This document shows positions 23,964 through 25,591 of a stretch of 25,591 nt of DNA, in pieces. Location of the stretch: NCBI GenBank assembly GCA_964581215.1, contig CAZONY010000003.1:1-25591 (forward strand). Direction: 5' to 3'. Every line of letters begins with the position of its first letter. Position 1 is the stretch's first letter. The position numbers were made by a program, and so were the translations under genes. The stretch is from an uncultured Chitinophagaceae bacterium. GTDB lineage: Bacteria > Planctomycetota > Planctomycetia > Pirellulales > UBA1268. The notes under the pieces are model-generated. The model was not told where the DNA came from and made no database searches. It was given only the letters and a program-made list of their open reading frames with translations.

Positions 23964-25535
23964 ATGGACTGGGGACGATCGCGGAAGGTTCGCACGCATG
24001 CGGCACGGGTTCGCCGGGTCACGCTCGGTGGACTCGAATCACTGGAAGGACGCCAACTGCTCTCGGGCAACCAGGAAATCGGCATGGAAGCCGTTTCCTG
24101 GCCGGCCCATGCGCCGGAGCCGATCTCCGTTGAATCCGAGACCGTCCTGCGGGCGGCGTCGATCGCCAACGACACCTCCTTCACCTCGCAGTGGAGCCTC
24201 GCCAACACCGGCGTGAATGGCTATGGCCTGGTCGGCGCCGACATCCGGGCCAGCCAGGCCTGGGACGTCACCACCGGGTCGCGGAGCGTCGTCGTGGCGG
24301 TCATCGACTCCGGCATCGACCTCACGCATCCCGACCTCGCGGCCAACGTCTGGACCAATCCCGGCGAAATCGCAGGCAACGGCATCGACGACGAGGGGAA
24401 TGGCTACATCGACGACGTCCATGGCTGGAACTTCGTCGAGAACAACAGCAACGTGCAGGACGGCTACGGCCACGGCACGCATATTGCGGGCGTCATCGGT
24501 GCCGTCGGCAACAACGGGCTCGGTATCGCCGGCATCAACTGGCAGGTCTCCATCATGCCCCTCCGGTTCCAGGACAACTTCGGCGTGGGAAATACGGGCG
24601 GAGCGATCGCCGCGCTCAACTACGCCACGATGATGCGCCGCGACTTCGGGATCAACGTCGTCGTCACCAACAACAGCTGGGGGGGCGGCACCGGCGTCTC
24701 CGAACTGCTGCGGGAGGCCATCCGCGCCCAGAACGAGGCCGGCATCGTGTTTGTCGCCGCCGCCGGCAACAGCGCCGCCGACTGCGACCTGAGCCCGCGG
24801 TATCCTGCCTGCTTCGACCTGCCCAACGTCATTTCCGTCGCTGCCACCGACCGCTATGACAACCTCGCCAGCTTTTCCAACTACGGCGCGACGTCCATCG
24901 ATCTCGGGGCACCAGGCGTCGGTATCTATTCCACCCGGCTCAACGGGACGTACGCCAGCATGAGCGGCACCTCCCAGGCGGCGCCGCAGGTGACGGGCGT
25001 GGTGGCCCTGTTGGCCGCCGTGAAGCCCGGCATCACCGTCGGGGAGATCCGTTCGGCGATCCTCGCGTCGGCGCAACGCGTGCCCGGCCTGGCCGGCAAG
25101 ACCGTCACCGGCGGACGGTTGGACGCCGCCGGTGCTCTTGCCCTTGCGCTGGGGAGCCCCGTCCCGCCCGACTTGGTTTCGATCGCCCCGACTCCGACCC
25201 CGCCGCCGGCGGTGAGCCCGCCCGCTGCATCACCTCCTGAAGGCGTTGTCGAGCTTGCCACGAAGAAACGGCTCGTCGGCTGGGCTTTCAGCGCCCGGGC
25301 GGGCGAGGCCCCGATTTCCGTGCGGGTCACGATCAACGGAAAGGATTTGGGCACGTTCTCCGCCGGCGTGGCCCGCCCCGATCTCGCCGCGCGGTTCGGC
25401 AGCGGCAACCACGGTTTCGACATCGCCTTCGCCCCGAAGGCGTTCCATCGCGGCTCCAACACCGTCAAGGTCTGGGCCATCGACCCAGCGACGGGCGAAT
25501 GGACGCTGATCGGCAAGAGAATCGTCCGCCGCTGA
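23964..25535 (+). CDS. Secreted S8 subtilase with planctomycete LExLExRxLL N-terminal motif, Pro-rich linker and C-terminal Ig-like module
   Basis: Triad VAVIDSG / GHGTHIAG / SGTSQAAP, oxyanion AAGN and the N-terminal LESLEGRQLLS. ATG 23964 preferred (GGAG upstream); 23919 and 23934 possible. Confidence 0.92.
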   Translation: MDWGRSRKVRTHAARVRRVTLGGLESLEGRQLLSGNQEIGMEAVSWPAHAPEPISVESETVLRAASIANDTSFTSQWSLANTGVNGYGLVGADIRASQAWDVTTGSRSVVVAVIDSGIDLTHPDLAANVWTNPGEIAGNGIDDEGNGYIDDVHGWNFVENNSNVQDGYGHGTHIAGVIGAVGNNGLGIAGINWQVSIMPLRFQDNFGVGNTGGAIAALNYATMMRRDFGINVVVTNNSWGGGTGVSELLREAIRAQNEAGIVFVAAAGNSAADCDLSPRYPACFDLPNVISVAATDRYDNLASFSNYGATSIDLGAPGVGIYSTRLNGTYASMSGTSQAAPQVTGVVALLAAVKPGITVGEIRSAILASAQRVPGLAGKTVTGGRLDAAGALALALGSPVPPDLVSIAPTPTPPPAVSPPAASPPEGVVELATKKRLVGWAFSARAGEAPISVRVTINGKDLGTFSAGVARPDLAARFGSGNHGFDIAFAPKAFHRGSNTVKVWAIDPATGEWTLIGKRIVRR

Positions 25536-25591
25536 ACCAGGTGATAGGCGGGGCCAACGACGGGCCGAGACGAACTGTCCCCGTCTTCCTG

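Noticed and set aside
23882-24133. Small ORF after a strong SD-like GAGGGGGAG (MNGRHTHL...)
   Set aside because: It is out of frame with and overlaps the protease N-terminus and has no protein-like features. Ribosome profiling would be needed to revive it as a uORF.
123-25076. Many long antisense or alternate-frame ORFs (e.g. 123-1304, 3895-5289, 5094-6380, 8208-9518, 9904-11331, 17825-19144, 24039-25076)
   Set aside because: They overlap motif-supported genes, are Arg/Pro/Gly-rich with no motifs, and are expected shadows in high-GC DNA.

Overview
GC-rich (~68-70% by eye) chromosomal window that looks planctomycetal: an LExLExRxLL-type export motif, a BBP7-like porin, an HTH+REC regulator and a DUF116-like/prenyl-synthase fusion. 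I found no tRNA, rRNA, CRISPR, IS or prophage. Left to right: + strand partial sulfurtransferase, sufE and a ROK kinase. On the - strand (read right to left): queF, a TIM-barrel isomerase, a HemN-like radical SAM, a DUF116-like/polyprenyl synthase and a chorismate-lyase-like gene; then a 280-nt GGA-rich leader, an HTH-REC regulator with a histidine kinase, and shc-hpnH (hopanoid core). + strand queC-queE sits head-to-head with queF. A second - strand run contains an XRE regulator, an RRM protein, rpsR, a thioesterase, an ABC ATPase, an 1102-aa MacB/FtsX permease, a GT9 and a 10-TM DMT-like protein. + strand BBP7-like porin and S8 protease end the window. Best candidate for an undescribed system: the tightly coupled TIM-barrel / class-C-like radical SAM / long-chain prenyl synthase / UbiC-like operon (7570-12304), possibly making a modified prenyl-aromatic lipid. 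Second: a CsrA-target-like GGA-repeat RNA (7160-7440) ahead of the two-component pair upstream of the hopanoid genes. All family calls rest on motif recognition by eye; no database searches were run.
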